Below are positions 1 through 8,488 of a DNA stretch of 56,171 bases, one piece after another (the first letter of the stretch is position 1; every line of letters starts with the position of its first letter). The stretch lies in NCBI GenBank assembly GCA_964386745.1, contig CAYLSZ010000003.1, positions 1-56,171 of the forward strand, read 5' to 3'. A program made the position numbers and the translations under genes. Under the pieces are notes generated by a model, which worked only from the letters and a program-made list of their open reading frames with translations, was not told where the DNA came from and searched no databases. This DNA is from an uncultured Staphylococcaceae bacterium. Lineage in GTDB: Bacteria > Bacillota_I > Bacilli_A > RFN20 > CAG-826.

Positions 1-60
1 TATTGGAATATGAATTTTAACACCTTATTTTAGGGTTCTCGCCTAAAGTCAGGTATTATA

Positions 61-936
61 CTACTTCACTTCTTTATAAAGTTTATCAAGTTTTTCGAAA
101 TACTCTCCAAGTCGAGCTTTTTTAATATTGCTATAGTTATATCCATGCGATAACAAATAATCCATTGCTTCTTCTTTTATCTTTTTGAGTCTCCTTAAAC
201 TTATAACAGCTAGTATAAATGGGATAAATAAGAATAATATACTCGCAAAGAATGTGAACCAACTTGTTACTATATAGGCGGCTCTCGCATTTCTTAAAGT
301 TTTAATTTTTGTGTTAGGAGTAATTCTAAAGAATACAGCGTAGCTAAGAATTAACGAAATTAAGATAAATATTAGAACTATTGCAACAACAAAAAGGCCA
401 CCAAGAAAGGTAAATCCACCAGTTAATATTAACGCTTCATATTCAGCTGTGCCGACTTCATAGTTTGCCGATTCAGCAAATAGTAATAGTCCATCCATTG
501 ACATAAGTATTCCACCAATTAGTGGGATAAATCCACAAATTAACCACCAGATATATGTAAATATTCTGAATCCGTTCTTATGGACGAGTTTAGCCATTTT
601 GACGTTTTTCGGAGTCTTAAATTCATCCTCAACTTGAACTTCATCTTTAGGAAGAAGTTCTTCGACTATAGGTTGCTCTACTTTAGGTTCATCTTCAATT
701 TTTACTACAATAGGCGTATCGACCTTTTCTATTTTAGGTTCTTTCTTTTTAGTAGTTGTAACTTTAACCTTCATTGTTTCAGGAGCCTTAACTTCTTCGG
801 CTATTTCCTTTCCAGTAAAAACAGGCTCGCTTATCGCTTCATCAGAAAGGACGATTTTAATCTCGGGTAAACGTGTTGTACCGCACTTTGGACAAACGTT
901 TCCTTCATATTCATATTCGCATTTACTACATTTCAT
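61..936 (-). CDS. zinc-ribbon membrane protein (hypothetical)
   Basis: N-terminus MKCSKCEYEYEGNVCPKCG gives a CxxC-x10-CxxC zinc ribbon. A K/E/V-rich linker follows, then 4-5 hydrophobic helices. No family recognised. Confidence 0.55.
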   Translation of the reverse strand: MKCSKCEYEYEGNVCPKCGTTRLPEIKIVLSDEAISEPVFTGKEIAEEVKAPETMKVKVTTTKKKEPKIEKVDTPIVVKIEDEPKVEQPIVEELLPKDEVQVEDEFKTPKNVKMAKLVHKNGFRIFTYIWWLICGFIPLIGGILMSMDGLLLFAESANYEVGTAEYEALILTGGFTFLGGLFVVAIVLIFILISLILSYAVFFRITPNTKIKTLRNARAAYIVTSWFTFFASILFLFIPFILAVISLRRLKKIKEEAMDYLLSHGYNYSNIKKARLGEYFEKLDKLYKEVK

Positions 937-1084
937 AATTGCTCTCCAACTGTGCTTATTTTAGAGAAATTACTACTTCAAGTATGTAATTTCGCTTTAT
1001 CTTAAGCGCTTTTAAAATGTTAAATAGCATTTGATGTTTTGTCAAAGGAATTATCATATTATCTCTAACCGCTCACCGCAAATC

Positions 1085-2377
1085 TTAATTCTTAAGCAAC
1101 GTTATAGGTACAATATAAATTCCATCTTTTGTCTTATAAGCAGCTCCATGACTAACTAGAACCATTTTAAAAATAGGCGTCTTCAAGTCGTTATTTTTCA
1201 TTTTTGCTTCAAAACGATTTAAAGATTTACAAGCTTCACAAATATTTTTATCACTAGCTATTTTAATTTCGATAGCGGCGTAATTACTGTTAGGTAGTTC
1301 GACAATTGCATCTACTTCTTGGCCGGAACTATCACGATAATGCTTGATTGTTGCTCCAAAAGATTCGGCATAAATCGTTAAATCTCTTAATGCGAAATCT
1401 TCAAAGAAATAACCAAAAGAATGCATGTCATTTAAAAGGTCATTAGGATTAATCCCTAACGCCGCTGTTGCTATCGATGTATCTACAAAGTGGTGAGTTG
1501 GAGCGCTTCTAACAACCACAGTCGATCTCAAATTTAAATTCCACGCTGGTAAATCATAAATAATAAAAAGTTGTTTCAAAACTTTTTCGTATTTTACAAA
1601 GGTGTTTTCGTCTAGTTTGGTTCTTACGCCCGAGGCCAAAATATCGTTAATCATTTTTGGAATTCTAGCTTGAGTCGATATATTTCTAGCATAAGATTTC
1701 AAAATCAAAATTAGCAATTCAATATCTTTATTCTTTAAAAAGTCTGAAAATTCATCACTTATATCTTCAAGAGCAAATAGACCATCGTAATACTTTCTTG
1801 TGACTTCTAATGCGTACTCTTTTTCAGCTTTAACAGCTATAGGCCAACCACCTCGGCATATATAATAGGCAATATCATAAAGTGATACAGGGTTTTGACT
1901 TGGAAACACAGTTTCAAAAATGTAATTGCTATCAAAAAGAGATGATAGAGAAATCAACCCTAAAGATTCTTTAGATTCAAATAAAGAAAAAGGTCTCAAC
2001 ATCATAGAAGCTATTCGGCCGGCACCAGTATGTTGTAAAACACTTGCATCAATAGGTGTCGTGCTTCCAGTTATTATGTATTTACCAAATTGGTAATCTT
2101 TATCGAGATCGTCTCTTATATAATTCCAAATTTCAGGAGCCTTTTGCCATTCGTCAATTAAGTGTGGTCGCTCGCCTTTTAAAGCATGTGCTGGATCGGC
2201 TTTTGCTAGTTCTATTTCGTTTGTCTTTTTCAAACTAAACACAGATTTAGCAAAGAATTCACACATCGTCGACTTGCCACAAAATTTTGGTCCGTTAACC
2301 AAAACACAACCAATTGACTTTAAATTTTTAAGCAAATTCGCTTCAGCGATACGTGGTACATATTCTTCTTTTTTCAT
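1085..2377 (-). CDS. AAA+ ATPase, COG1373 / DUF4143-like
   Basis: Walker A GPKFCGKST near the N-terminus and Walker B-like HLIDEWQ. Length of about 430 aa and overall layout are typical of AAA_14+DUF4143 proteins. Confidence 0.65.
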   Translation of the reverse strand: MKKEEYVPRIAEANLLKNLKSIGCVLVNGPKFCGKSTMCEFFAKSVFSLKKTNEIELAKADPAHALKGERPHLIDEWQKAPEIWNYIRDDLDKDYQFGKYIITGSTTPIDASVLQHTGAGRIASMMLRPFSLFESKESLGLISLSSLFDSNYIFETVFPSQNPVSLYDIAYYICRGGWPIAVKAEKEYALEVTRKYYDGLFALEDISDEFSDFLKNKDIELLILILKSYARNISTQARIPKMINDILASGVRTKLDENTFVKYEKVLKQLFIIYDLPAWNLNLRSTVVVRSAPTHHFVDTSIATAALGINPNDLLNDMHSFGYFFEDFALRDLTIYAESFGATIKHYRDSSGQEVDAIVELPNSNYAAIEIKIASDKNICEACKSLNRFEAKMKNNDLKTPIFKMVLVSHGAAYKTKDGIYIVPITLLKN

Positions 2378-2416
2378 ACTAAGAATATACCATTTACTTA
2401 CATATAAAACAACACA

Positions 2417-2536
2417 TTTTCAGTGATTTGAAATGTTTTGTTTCAGTTGTTTGAAAGATTTATTTTCAGTGATTTGAAAGATTTTGTTTCAGTTGTTTGA
2501 AAGATTTATTTTCAGTGATTTGAAAATTTTGTTTTT
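2417..2536. repeat. tandem repeat, 23-bp unit x5 (two alternating variants, i.e. 46 bp x2.5)
   Basis: Units start at 2421, 2444, 2467, 2490 and 2513: CAGTGATTTGAAAGATTTTGTTT alternating with CAGTTGTTTGAAAGATTTATTTT. The array lies about 40 bp upstream of the ATPase start. An inverted CTTTCAAA core sits at about 2549-2556. Confidence 0.9.
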
Positions 2537-2556
2537 CGACTTAAATGACTTTCAAA

Positions 2557-2604
2557 GAAAAAACCTTAGTTCTGCAGGGTTTTACTCAAGATTTAGTGTT
2601 TTTT
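2557..2604 (-). repeat. dispersed ~50-bp repeat, copy A (reverse orientation)
   Basis: GAAAAAACCTTAGTTCTGCAGGGTTTTACTCAAGATTTAGTGTTTTTT. CTGCAG at 2572-2577. Intergenic. Confidence 0.8.
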
Positions 2605-2720
2605 ACAAATAATAGCTCTCATATAATTCCAGTTATTATCTCTAACATAAATATAGTCTCTTAAAATAAAAAAGACACATCATTACGACGCGCCTTTTCA
2701 TCCTCTTAAATCGCTATTAA

Positions 2721-2945
2721 CTAATTCTTATGAACAAGGTTCATCATTGGGTCAAGATCTCTATTTTCCATGACCATTTTATTGATTATTCCTTTTATTT
2801 CATTAGGACACTTAATATTCGATAAACAATACGTATCTTCGCGTCCTAAAATCCTAACGAATACTTCGCCATAGTTAAATATTCTTCCTTTAAAAGATTG
2901 TCTAATAGTAGATCCTCGTACTGTACTGCTATCATTTTTGTACAC
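2721..2945 (-). CDS. hypothetical small ORF, possibly a gene remnant next to the IS end
   Basis: 74 codons. The only start is a GTG lying inside the IS-end-like TGTACACACCCCC sequence. No RBS and no recognisable domain. Confidence 0.2.
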   Translation of the reverse strand: MYKNDSSTVRGSTIRQSFKGRIFNYGEVFVRILGREDTYCLSNIKCPNEIKGIINKMVMENRDLDPMMNLVHKN

Positions 2946-3023
2946 ACCCCCTACTCATTTTGTTCACACATAAATTCAAATTGTTCACACCCCAAGTTTA
3001 TAATTTAGAAAAGGAGGCTAAAC

Positions 3024-3383
3024 ATGGCATACAGTAAAGAACAACGACTGCAAATTGGTAAAGAGATTTACACGCACGAGATAACGATTCGAGAAGCTGC
3101 CGAAAAATATAAAGTCAATCGGTACACGGCTCGAGATTACATGCGTGAATATCGCGATTTAAATCAACTCGAACCAATGAGCGACACCAAAGAAGAATTC
3201 AAAATTCTTAAATCAAAAAGGCGAGCAAAATATGAAGATTTACAAGAAATGTCTCGCGAACAATTAATTGATGAGGTTATTAAGGCTCGTGTGGCCGAAG
3301 AACGCGCAAAAAAAGGTTACATAGTGAAAGGAGGTGGTCAGGACAAGGAATTCATTACCTCAAAAGATGCGAATTTGAAATAG
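3024..3383 (+). CDS. IS3-family transposase OrfA (HTH)
   Basis: RBS AAGGAGG lies 7 nt upstream. ITIREAAEKYKVNRYTARDYMREY is helix-turn-helix-like, followed by a coiled C-terminus typical of IS3 OrfA. Confidence 0.85.
   Translation: MAYSKEQRLQIGKEIYTHEITIREAAEKYKVNRYTARDYMREYRDLNQLEPMSDTKEEFKILKSKRRAKYEDLQEMSREQLIDEVIKARVAEERAKKGYIVKGGGQDKEFITSKDANLK
3308..3314 (+). promoter_or_regulatory. programmed -1 ribosomal frameshift site A_AAA_AAA (then G)
   Basis: Seven A residues lie in the X_XXY_YYZ register of orfA. I translated the -1 frame by hand and it is open from 3314 to the orfB ATG at 3431 (RLHSERRWSGQG...LSAEFSVKKLCAIM), which would give an OrfAB fusion. Confidence 0.6.
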
Positions 3384-3430
3384 TTTACACGTTATCAGCT
3401 GAATTTTCTGTTAAGAAATTATGCGCGATT

Positions 3431-4240
3431 ATGGGTGTCAATCGACGTAGTTTCTACAAACGGAGAGAAAGAGTCAAAAATCCGAATGGTCATCTTGCTA
3501 AAAGAGTCGCTGACATCGAACTTTTTAAATATTATCACGACCTTTATCCAACCCACGGATATAGGTGGTTAAGAGCTAAAATTCAATTAGATTTAGGCAT
3601 TGTGTTTTCGGATAATTACGCGCATAGATGCTGTAAATATGCGGGAATTAAGAGCAAATCGCGTAAAATTGCCTCAAAAACAAGGCAAAAACGCGAATAT
3701 ACATGTCCAAATTTGCTAACTAGAGATTTAGACATTGATAGACCAATGCAAGTTGTCGTTAGCGATATGACAGCATTTTGGTGTAAAAACACATATTACG
3801 AATTAACGTTATATATGGACCTATTTAATAACGAGATTATCGCTTACGATATTTCATCAAAAAGAGGCGATCGAACCACTTACATAAATGGCTTAGAGCA
3901 ATTATTAGCAAAGAAAAAAGAATATCAGAACCTACAGTTAATACTCCATACTGACCAAGGTTCGGTATATTCCTCAAAAAGCTATAACGAGCTTTTACCT
4001 TTATATAATATCATACATTCAATGTCGCGAGCAGGAACGCCAACTGATAATGCTGCAATGGAGGCCATCAACGGTTGGATAAAAGAAGAATTGTTTATTG
4101 ATTTTAAAATTCAGGATCAGGATGATGTGATTAAAAGTGTAAACGACTACATTCATTTCTTTAATTACGAAAGACCGGCATTTGAATTGGATTATTTAAC
4201 GCCAAAGCAATACAAAGCAATATATTGGGGGTGTGAATAA
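3431..4240 (+). CDS. IS3-family transposase OrfB (DDE/rve integrase core)
   Basis: Shows VSDMT (D), HTDQGSVY (D) and PTDNAAMEAINGWIKEE (E) spacing typical of rve-domain transposases. It is in the -1 frame relative to orfA. Confidence 0.85.
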   Translation: MGVNRRSFYKRRERVKNPNGHLAKRVADIELFKYYHDLYPTHGYRWLRAKIQLDLGIVFSDNYAHRCCKYAGIKSKSRKIASKTRQKREYTCPNLLTRDLDIDRPMQVVVSDMTAFWCKNTYYELTLYMDLFNNEIIAYDISSKRGDRTTYINGLEQLLAKKKEYQNLQLILHTDQGSVYSSKSYNELLPLYNIIHSMSRAGTPTDNAAMEAINGWIKEELFIDFKIQDQDDVIKSVNDYIHFFNYERPAFELDYLTPKQYKAIYWGCE

Positions 4241-4422
4241 ATTGTTGACTAGTGCAATTGTGCAAGTGATTTTTGCGGATCTTTCAAGATTTCAAAATTT
4301 TCATTCAAATTTTCTATTTGGTATTGGATTCATTGTCGTGCTTGAAAACAGCCAAAAAAGCACATTTGATGGATTAATTTTTGCTATATTTTCCTCCATA
4401 AATAAAAACAGGCTTTCTAAAA

Positions 4423-4471
4423 GAAAACCCGTAAATTTCATCAAAAAGCCTGCAGAACTCAACTATTTTTT
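4423..4471 (+). repeat. dispersed ~50-bp repeat, copy B (forward)
   Basis: GAAAACCCGTAAATTTCATCAAAAAGCCTGCAGAACTCAACTATTTTTT. CTGCAG at 4450-4455. On the other strand it supplies the last codons and TAG stop (AAA AAA TAG) of the glycosyltransferase. Confidence 0.85.
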
Positions 4472-5485
4472 ACGATTTTCCCAGTTTTCGTATACTTCGT
4501 TATATATATCTTTTAACTTTTGACCGACGATACTAATATCCCTTTGCTTAACGACTTCGTAGCCGTTTTCAACTATTTTTGTATTGTCATGAGTAAGTAT
4601 ATATTTAAGTTTGTTTACATACTCCATAACTGAATTAGCTTTATAACAATGATAACCGTCAACTAACCAATCTTTGTATGTAGGAATATTGCCTATAAGC
4701 ATAGGAGTTTTACTAGCCAAAGCTTCTAAAACAACAATTCCTTCTGTCTCCTCTTTAGTAGGGAATAAGAAACAATTTGCGTATAATAAAGCACCTTTCA
4801 ATATATCGTTATCAATATATCCAGGCATTATTACATTTCTAGGGCGATGTTTTATAGCTTTATTTATCTTAATTGGTAAAGCGATTTTAGCCATGTCACC
4901 AAACCAAATGAACGTTACATCAGGAAATTCTTGAGCGATTCTAAAAAATTCTAAAATACCTTTTCTTTCAATAGGTAAACCAATGCCAACTACTACTTTC
5001 TGACCATCTTTAATATTAAAACAAGTCTTAAAAAGGTCGATTTTTTCTTGATCATAAGCGTAATCTTTGATTTCTATACCATTACTTACGGCATAAACGG
5101 GGCATTTTACGCATTTATATGACTCAATAACCGTTTTACTATATTGAGTTGGCGTAATAATTGCATCAGCGTATTTAAAACATTTCTTGATAGACGCTTT
5201 AGTAAATATTTGGAGAACTTTCCAAATTCTAAAGCTACCTTTCATGTCAGAAAAAATAGAATGACCATGAACAATTAGTGGCACATTCGATTTTTTAATC
5301 ATTCTTTCTATCTTGTGAGATTTAGGCCAAAGAGTGTTAACGTGGCCAATATCATAGTTATCACGAATGTCTAAAGTGATATTGACCCCGCTAGATTTTA
5401 AAGCTTTTGTTTGTAAAATTAAGGCTCGACCAATACCACTTTTTCGAATAATGCTTTGTCCTTGGAAATATAAATACACTTTCAT
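4463..5485 (-). CDS. GT4-family glycosyltransferase
   Basis: EETEGIVVLEALASKTPML is an EX7E-type motif, and the N-terminus MKVYLYFQGQSIIRKSGIGRA is typical. I start at the ATG at 5485; the track extension to 5629 runs through repeat copy C and is probably not translated. Confidence 0.8.
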   Translation of the reverse strand: MKVYLYFQGQSIIRKSGIGRALILQTKALKSSGVNITLDIRDNYDIGHVNTLWPKSHKIERMIKKSNVPLIVHGHSIFSDMKGSFRIWKVLQIFTKASIKKCFKYADAIITPTQYSKTVIESYKCVKCPVYAVSNGIEIKDYAYDQEKIDLFKTCFNIKDGQKVVVGIGLPIERKGILEFFRIAQEFPDVTFIWFGDMAKIALPIKINKAIKHRPRNVIMPGYIDNDILKGALLYANCFLFPTKEETEGIVVLEALASKTPMLIGNIPTYKDWLVDGYHCYKANSVMEYVNKLKYILTHDNTKIVENGYEVVKQRDISIVGQKLKDIYNEVYENWENRKK

Positions 5486-5537
5486 TGCTCTTTCATTATA
5501 TAAAAATCTTAGTCTTTTAAAAATAGGAAGTTTTTGC

Positions 5538-5585
5538 AAAAATAATGGAGTTCTGCAGGGTTTTTCGTAAAAATAAGCGTTTTTC
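5538..5585 (-). repeat. dispersed ~50-bp repeat, copy C (reverse)
   Basis: AAAAATAATGGAGTTCTGCAGGGTTTTTCGTAAAAATAAGCGTTTTTC. CTGCAG at 5553-5558. It lies upstream of the glycosyltransferase start, inverted relative to copy B. Confidence 0.85.
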
Positions 5586-5675
5586 TCGACATTTTCAAAG
5601 TTAAATTTAATATTCATATTAATTAACATTAATTAAAGTTAAATATATAATTATCAGTCAAAAGGAGGGTTTAAA

Positions 5676-7085
5676 ATGATATCTGATAAACTCGCAACGC
5701 ATATTTTAAATCTAGCCACTTCGACTGGAGGAGATTTTGCTGAACTTTATTTTGAAAACACATCAACAAAATCAATTTCTGTCGAAAATGGATTAGTTGA
5801 TAATATCTCGATTAAAACCGAATACGGAGTCGGTTTACGTATTTTAAATGGTCTTAAATCTTTTTATGGCTATACAAACGATATTTCAGCTAAAGGCTTA
5901 GAAGAATTAGCAACTAGTTTAATTGCTTCTTATAACGAAGCTAGAAAAGTTGATGAAATTACAGGATTAACTAAAGTTCCTGTCAAAAACTTTCACAAGA
6001 AATGCACTTCTTTACTTACAATTAGTGATGAAGATTTAATTGCTTATTTAAAAGCACCAAACCAAATTATTAGAAATTACGATCCTAGAATTGTTAAATG
6101 TACTACTGGAATTTTAATTCAATCCACTAATACTTTAATCTTAAATTCGAAAGGTCAAAAAATTAAAAACTATAGAGAATATGGCCGTTTACTTTGTAGT
6201 TCAATCGCTAAAGAAGGCGATAAACTTGAACAAAGATTCGATGGACCTGGCTCTCAAGGTGGATGGGAATATTTCACTACTACTTTAGACCGTGATGCTT
6301 TAGCAAAAAAACACGCCGAAAAACTTATTCTTATGCTTGGAGCAAAAGAATGTCCATCTGGAAAATATCCTGTAATCATAGGAAACGGTTGGGGAGGCGT
6401 TATCTTCCACGAAGCTTGTGGTCATCAACTTGAAGCCTCCGCAGTCGGTAAAGGTTTATCGGTCTTCTCAGGACAATTAGGAGAAAAAATCGCTAGCGAC
6501 ATAGTCTCTGCATATGATGATGGTACAATCGCTAATGAATGGGGCAGCAACCTCGTCGATGATGAAGGTAAGAAAACCAACAAAAACCTACTTATCGAAA
6601 ACGGCATTTTAAAAGGTTATTTAATTGATGACTTCACTGGCCGTAGATTAAATATGGAAGGTAATGGCGCTTGCCGTAGACAAAGTTATAAATACGAACC
6701 AACTAGTAGAATGTCGAATACCTACATTGCTAATGGCACTTCTACTAAAGATGAAATTATTGCTAACACCAAACTTGGTCTATACGCAGTAAGTTTCAAC
6801 GGCGGTAGTGTTAATCCAACTACAGGTGAATTCAACTTCGGCTGTAGCGAAGCTTATATCGTAAAAGATGGCAAAATCCTCGAACCAGTTCGTGGAGCTA
6901 TTTTAATTGGTAAGGCTACCGAAATTTTAAAACATATCGATATGGTTGGTAACGACTTAGACTTTGGACAAGGAAACTGTGGAGCAGCTAGTGGAAGCAT
7001 TCCAGTCGATGTTGGCCAACCAACAATTAGAGTCGACGAAATTACTGTCGGAGGTAGAGGAGGTAGTATCGATGAATATAAATAA
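5676..7085 (+). CDS. tldD: metalloprotease TldD
   Basis: RBS AAAGGAGGG. The HEACGH motif and C-terminal GNCGAASGSIPV are typical of the TldD/PmbA family. Confidence 0.9.
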   Translation: MISDKLATHILNLATSTGGDFAELYFENTSTKSISVENGLVDNISIKTEYGVGLRILNGLKSFYGYTNDISAKGLEELATSLIASYNEARKVDEITGLTKVPVKNFHKKCTSLLTISDEDLIAYLKAPNQIIRNYDPRIVKCTTGILIQSTNTLILNSKGQKIKNYREYGRLLCSSIAKEGDKLEQRFDGPGSQGGWEYFTTTLDRDALAKKHAEKLILMLGAKECPSGKYPVIIGNGWGGVIFHEACGHQLEASAVGKGLSVFSGQLGEKIASDIVSAYDDGTIANEWGSNLVDDEGKKTNKNLLIENGILKGYLIDDFTGRRLNMEGNGACRRQSYKYEPTSRMSNTYIANGTSTKDEIIANTKLGLYAVSFNGGSVNPTTGEFNFGCSEAYIVKDGKILEPVRGAILIGKATEILKHIDMVGNDLDFGQGNCGAASGSIPVDVGQPTIRVDEITVGGRGGSIDEYK

Positions 7086-8391
7086 ATTCTTTCAAAAAGC
7101 TAAAGAATCCGGTATTGAAGTAAGCGAATTAAATATTTCAACTAATACTAGTAATGGTATCGATGTCTTTAGAGGCGTCATCGAAAATAACACGACTTCT
7201 AAATTAAGCGCTATCTCAGCTAGAGGCATCTATAATGGCAAAATGGGTATCTGTATTACTGAAAAAGACAATAAAGATACAATCAACGATTTAATTAATG
7301 GCATTAAATCAACTGCCACTTATATTGAACGCGAAGAAGAGCCAATTATTTTTGAAGGTAGCGAAAAATATACTAAGAAAAATGTCTATAACAAGGAATT
7401 AGCAAAAGTTACTCCTCAACAAAAAATCGATCTTTTATTCAATATTGAAAAATATATTAAAGAGGCCGATTCGAGAGTAACTGACGTTCAAGTTTCTTAT
7501 AAAGATCAAGATTCTAAACACGTATTAACTAATTCTTATGGTTTGAAATTAGTTAGTAATACCAATTACTATGGCATCGTTGTTGAAGTCGTCGTTAAAC
7601 AAGGTGGAGAAACAAAAGTTGGCTTTGATGTTCTTTTAGGAAACGATTTTGCTACTATCGACTATAAAGCCTTTGCTCAATCAGTTTTAGACTTAGCATT
7701 AAATCAATTAAATGGTCAAAATATAAAGAGCGGAGCTTATAAAGCCGTATTAAGCCAAGATTGTGTCTCTCAATTACTTGATGTCATAATCGGTCACGCT
7801 TCGAGTGAAGACGTTCAAAAAGGTTCATCCAAGTATGTCGATAAACTTAACGAAAAACTCTTCTCAAATAAATTAACAGTTACTGAAGCACCATTAAACA
7901 AAAACGTCTTCTTTAGATATCATGACGATGAAGGTGTAGCTACATATAACAAAAAAATTATTGATAAAGGTGTCTTAACTACTTATTTATATAATCTTGA
8001 AACTGCTAAAAAAGATGGCGTTACTACGACTGGTAATGCAGATCGTAGAGGTAGCAAGATGGGTATTGGTTTTGGTAACCTTGTTATCAAACCTGGTAAA
8101 TTATCTCTTGAACAACTTTTTGAAAAAATTGGTAACGGTATTTATGTAACCGACTTCCATGGATTATTTGCAGGATTAAATCGTGCTAGCGGCGATTTCT
8201 CAGTTCAAGCTCAAGGCTTTAGAATTGAAAATGGTAAGAAAGTTGGTCCATTAGGCCTCTTCTCAGTTGCTGGCAATGTCTTCGATTTATTTAACGAAAT
8301 TTTAGCTATAGGAAGCGATACAAAACTATTAACTTCGAGTAATACTGTTCCTTCAATAGCGTTCAAAAAAGTTAAATATTCAGGCGTATAA
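7072..8391 (+). CDS. pmbA: metalloprotease PmbA (TldE)
   Basis: TldD/PmbA-family paralogue lacking HExxxH. ATG at 7072 follows GGAGGTAG and overlaps the tldD end by 14 nt. The track start at 6964 lies inside tldD. Confidence 0.85.
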   Translation: MNINKFFQKAKESGIEVSELNISTNTSNGIDVFRGVIENNTTSKLSAISARGIYNGKMGICITEKDNKDTINDLINGIKSTATYIEREEEPIIFEGSEKYTKKNVYNKELAKVTPQQKIDLLFNIEKYIKEADSRVTDVQVSYKDQDSKHVLTNSYGLKLVSNTNYYGIVVEVVVKQGGETKVGFDVLLGNDFATIDYKAFAQSVLDLALNQLNGQNIKSGAYKAVLSQDCVSQLLDVIIGHASSEDVQKGSSKYVDKLNEKLFSNKLTVTEAPLNKNVFFRYHDDEGVATYNKKIIDKGVLTTYLYNLETAKKDGVTTTGNADRRGSKMGIGFGNLVIKPGKLSLEQLFEKIGNGIYVTDFHGLFAGLNRASGDFSVQAQGFRIENGKKVGPLGLFSVAGNVFDLFNEILAIGSDTKLLTSSNTVPSIAFKKVKYSGV

Positions 8392-8415
8392 ACATTAGAT
8401 TAAAACAATAAAAAT

Positions 8416-8449
8416 GGGTTTATGTTTTTCACATAAACCCTTTATTTTT
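8416..8449 (+). terminator. rho-independent terminator after pmbA
   Basis: Stem GGGTTTATG / CATAAACCC with a 7-nt loop, followed by TTTATTTTT. Its 3' half doubles as the left arm of repeat copy D. Confidence 0.8.
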
Positions 8450-8482
8450 GGAAAAATCCCTGCAGATCTCAACTATTTTTTT
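8435..8482 (+). repeat. dispersed ~50-bp repeat, copy D (forward)
   Basis: AAACCCTTTATTTTTGGAAAAATCCCTGCAGATCTCAACTATTTTTTT. CTGCAG at 8460-8465. It shares a 29-bp identical core with copy E. Confidence 0.9.
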
Positions 8483-8488
8483 AAAATT

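Larger units (their letters stand above)
2981..4240 (+). mobile_element. IS3-family insertion sequence (orfA/orfB, -1 frameshift); ends approximate
   Basis: Imperfect terminal inverted repeats TTCACACCCCAA (2984-2995) and TTGGGGGTGTGAA (4225-4237). AAATTGTT is present at both junctions (2978-2985, 4238-4245). It contains HTH orfA and DDE orfB. Extra IRL-like copies at 2939-2951 and 2961-2970 leave the left boundary uncertain. Confidence 0.75.

Noticed and set aside
580-870. Antisense or shadow ORFs in the six-frame track. Examples: 580-870, 2056-2238, 4674-4934, 5367-5570, 6425-6607, 9635-9868, 11840-12025, 13042-13233, 14133-14558, 14904-15104, 15285-15620, 15860-16252, 18282-18482, 18715-19023, 21734-22327, 22614-22817, 24388-24573, 26954-27154, 27402-27662, 27780-28208, 28388-28579, 32427-32969, 33120-33449, 35034-35309, 37926-38447, 39054-40732, 43583-44138, 44818-45180, 46752-46934, 48899-49093, 51631-51906, 52362-52604, 52925-53410, 53369-53560, 54625-54880, 55446-55781.
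   Set aside because: Each lies wholly inside, opposite to, or out of frame with a long gene that has clear family motifs. Their low-complexity S/L/F/I-rich products are typical of AT-rich antisense frames, and none has an RBS.
2417-2536. CRISPR array interpretation of the tandem array, or of the dispersed 50-bp repeats.
   Set aside because: The 23-bp units are directly abutting with no spacers. The dispersed copies are kilobases apart, in both orientations and inside genes, and no cas genes are present.
4233-4523. 96-aa plus-strand ORF between the IS and the glycosyltransferase.
   Set aside because: It starts inside the IS right end and runs through repeat copy B and the 3' end of the GT gene. 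It has no RBS or domain. Its PAELNYF peptide is just a translation of the DNA repeat.
5486-5629. N-terminal extensions given by the ORF track: GT gene to 5629, pmbA from 6964, yaaA to 27646, tadA to 20291, membrane protein to 12729, and TTG starts at 37651 and 41581.
   Set aside because: Internal ATGs give canonical family N-termini and/or have RBSs. The extensions overlap upstream genes, the SRP RNA or repeat copies.
8435-8482. Dispersed repeat as a family of rho-independent terminators.
   Set aside because: The consensus has no GC-rich hairpin; it has only a 6-bp AAAAAC/GTTTTT arm and 6-bp palindromes. Separate canonical terminators exist nearby (8416, 10466, 38564, 43156), and many copies are inside essential CDS where termination would be lethal.
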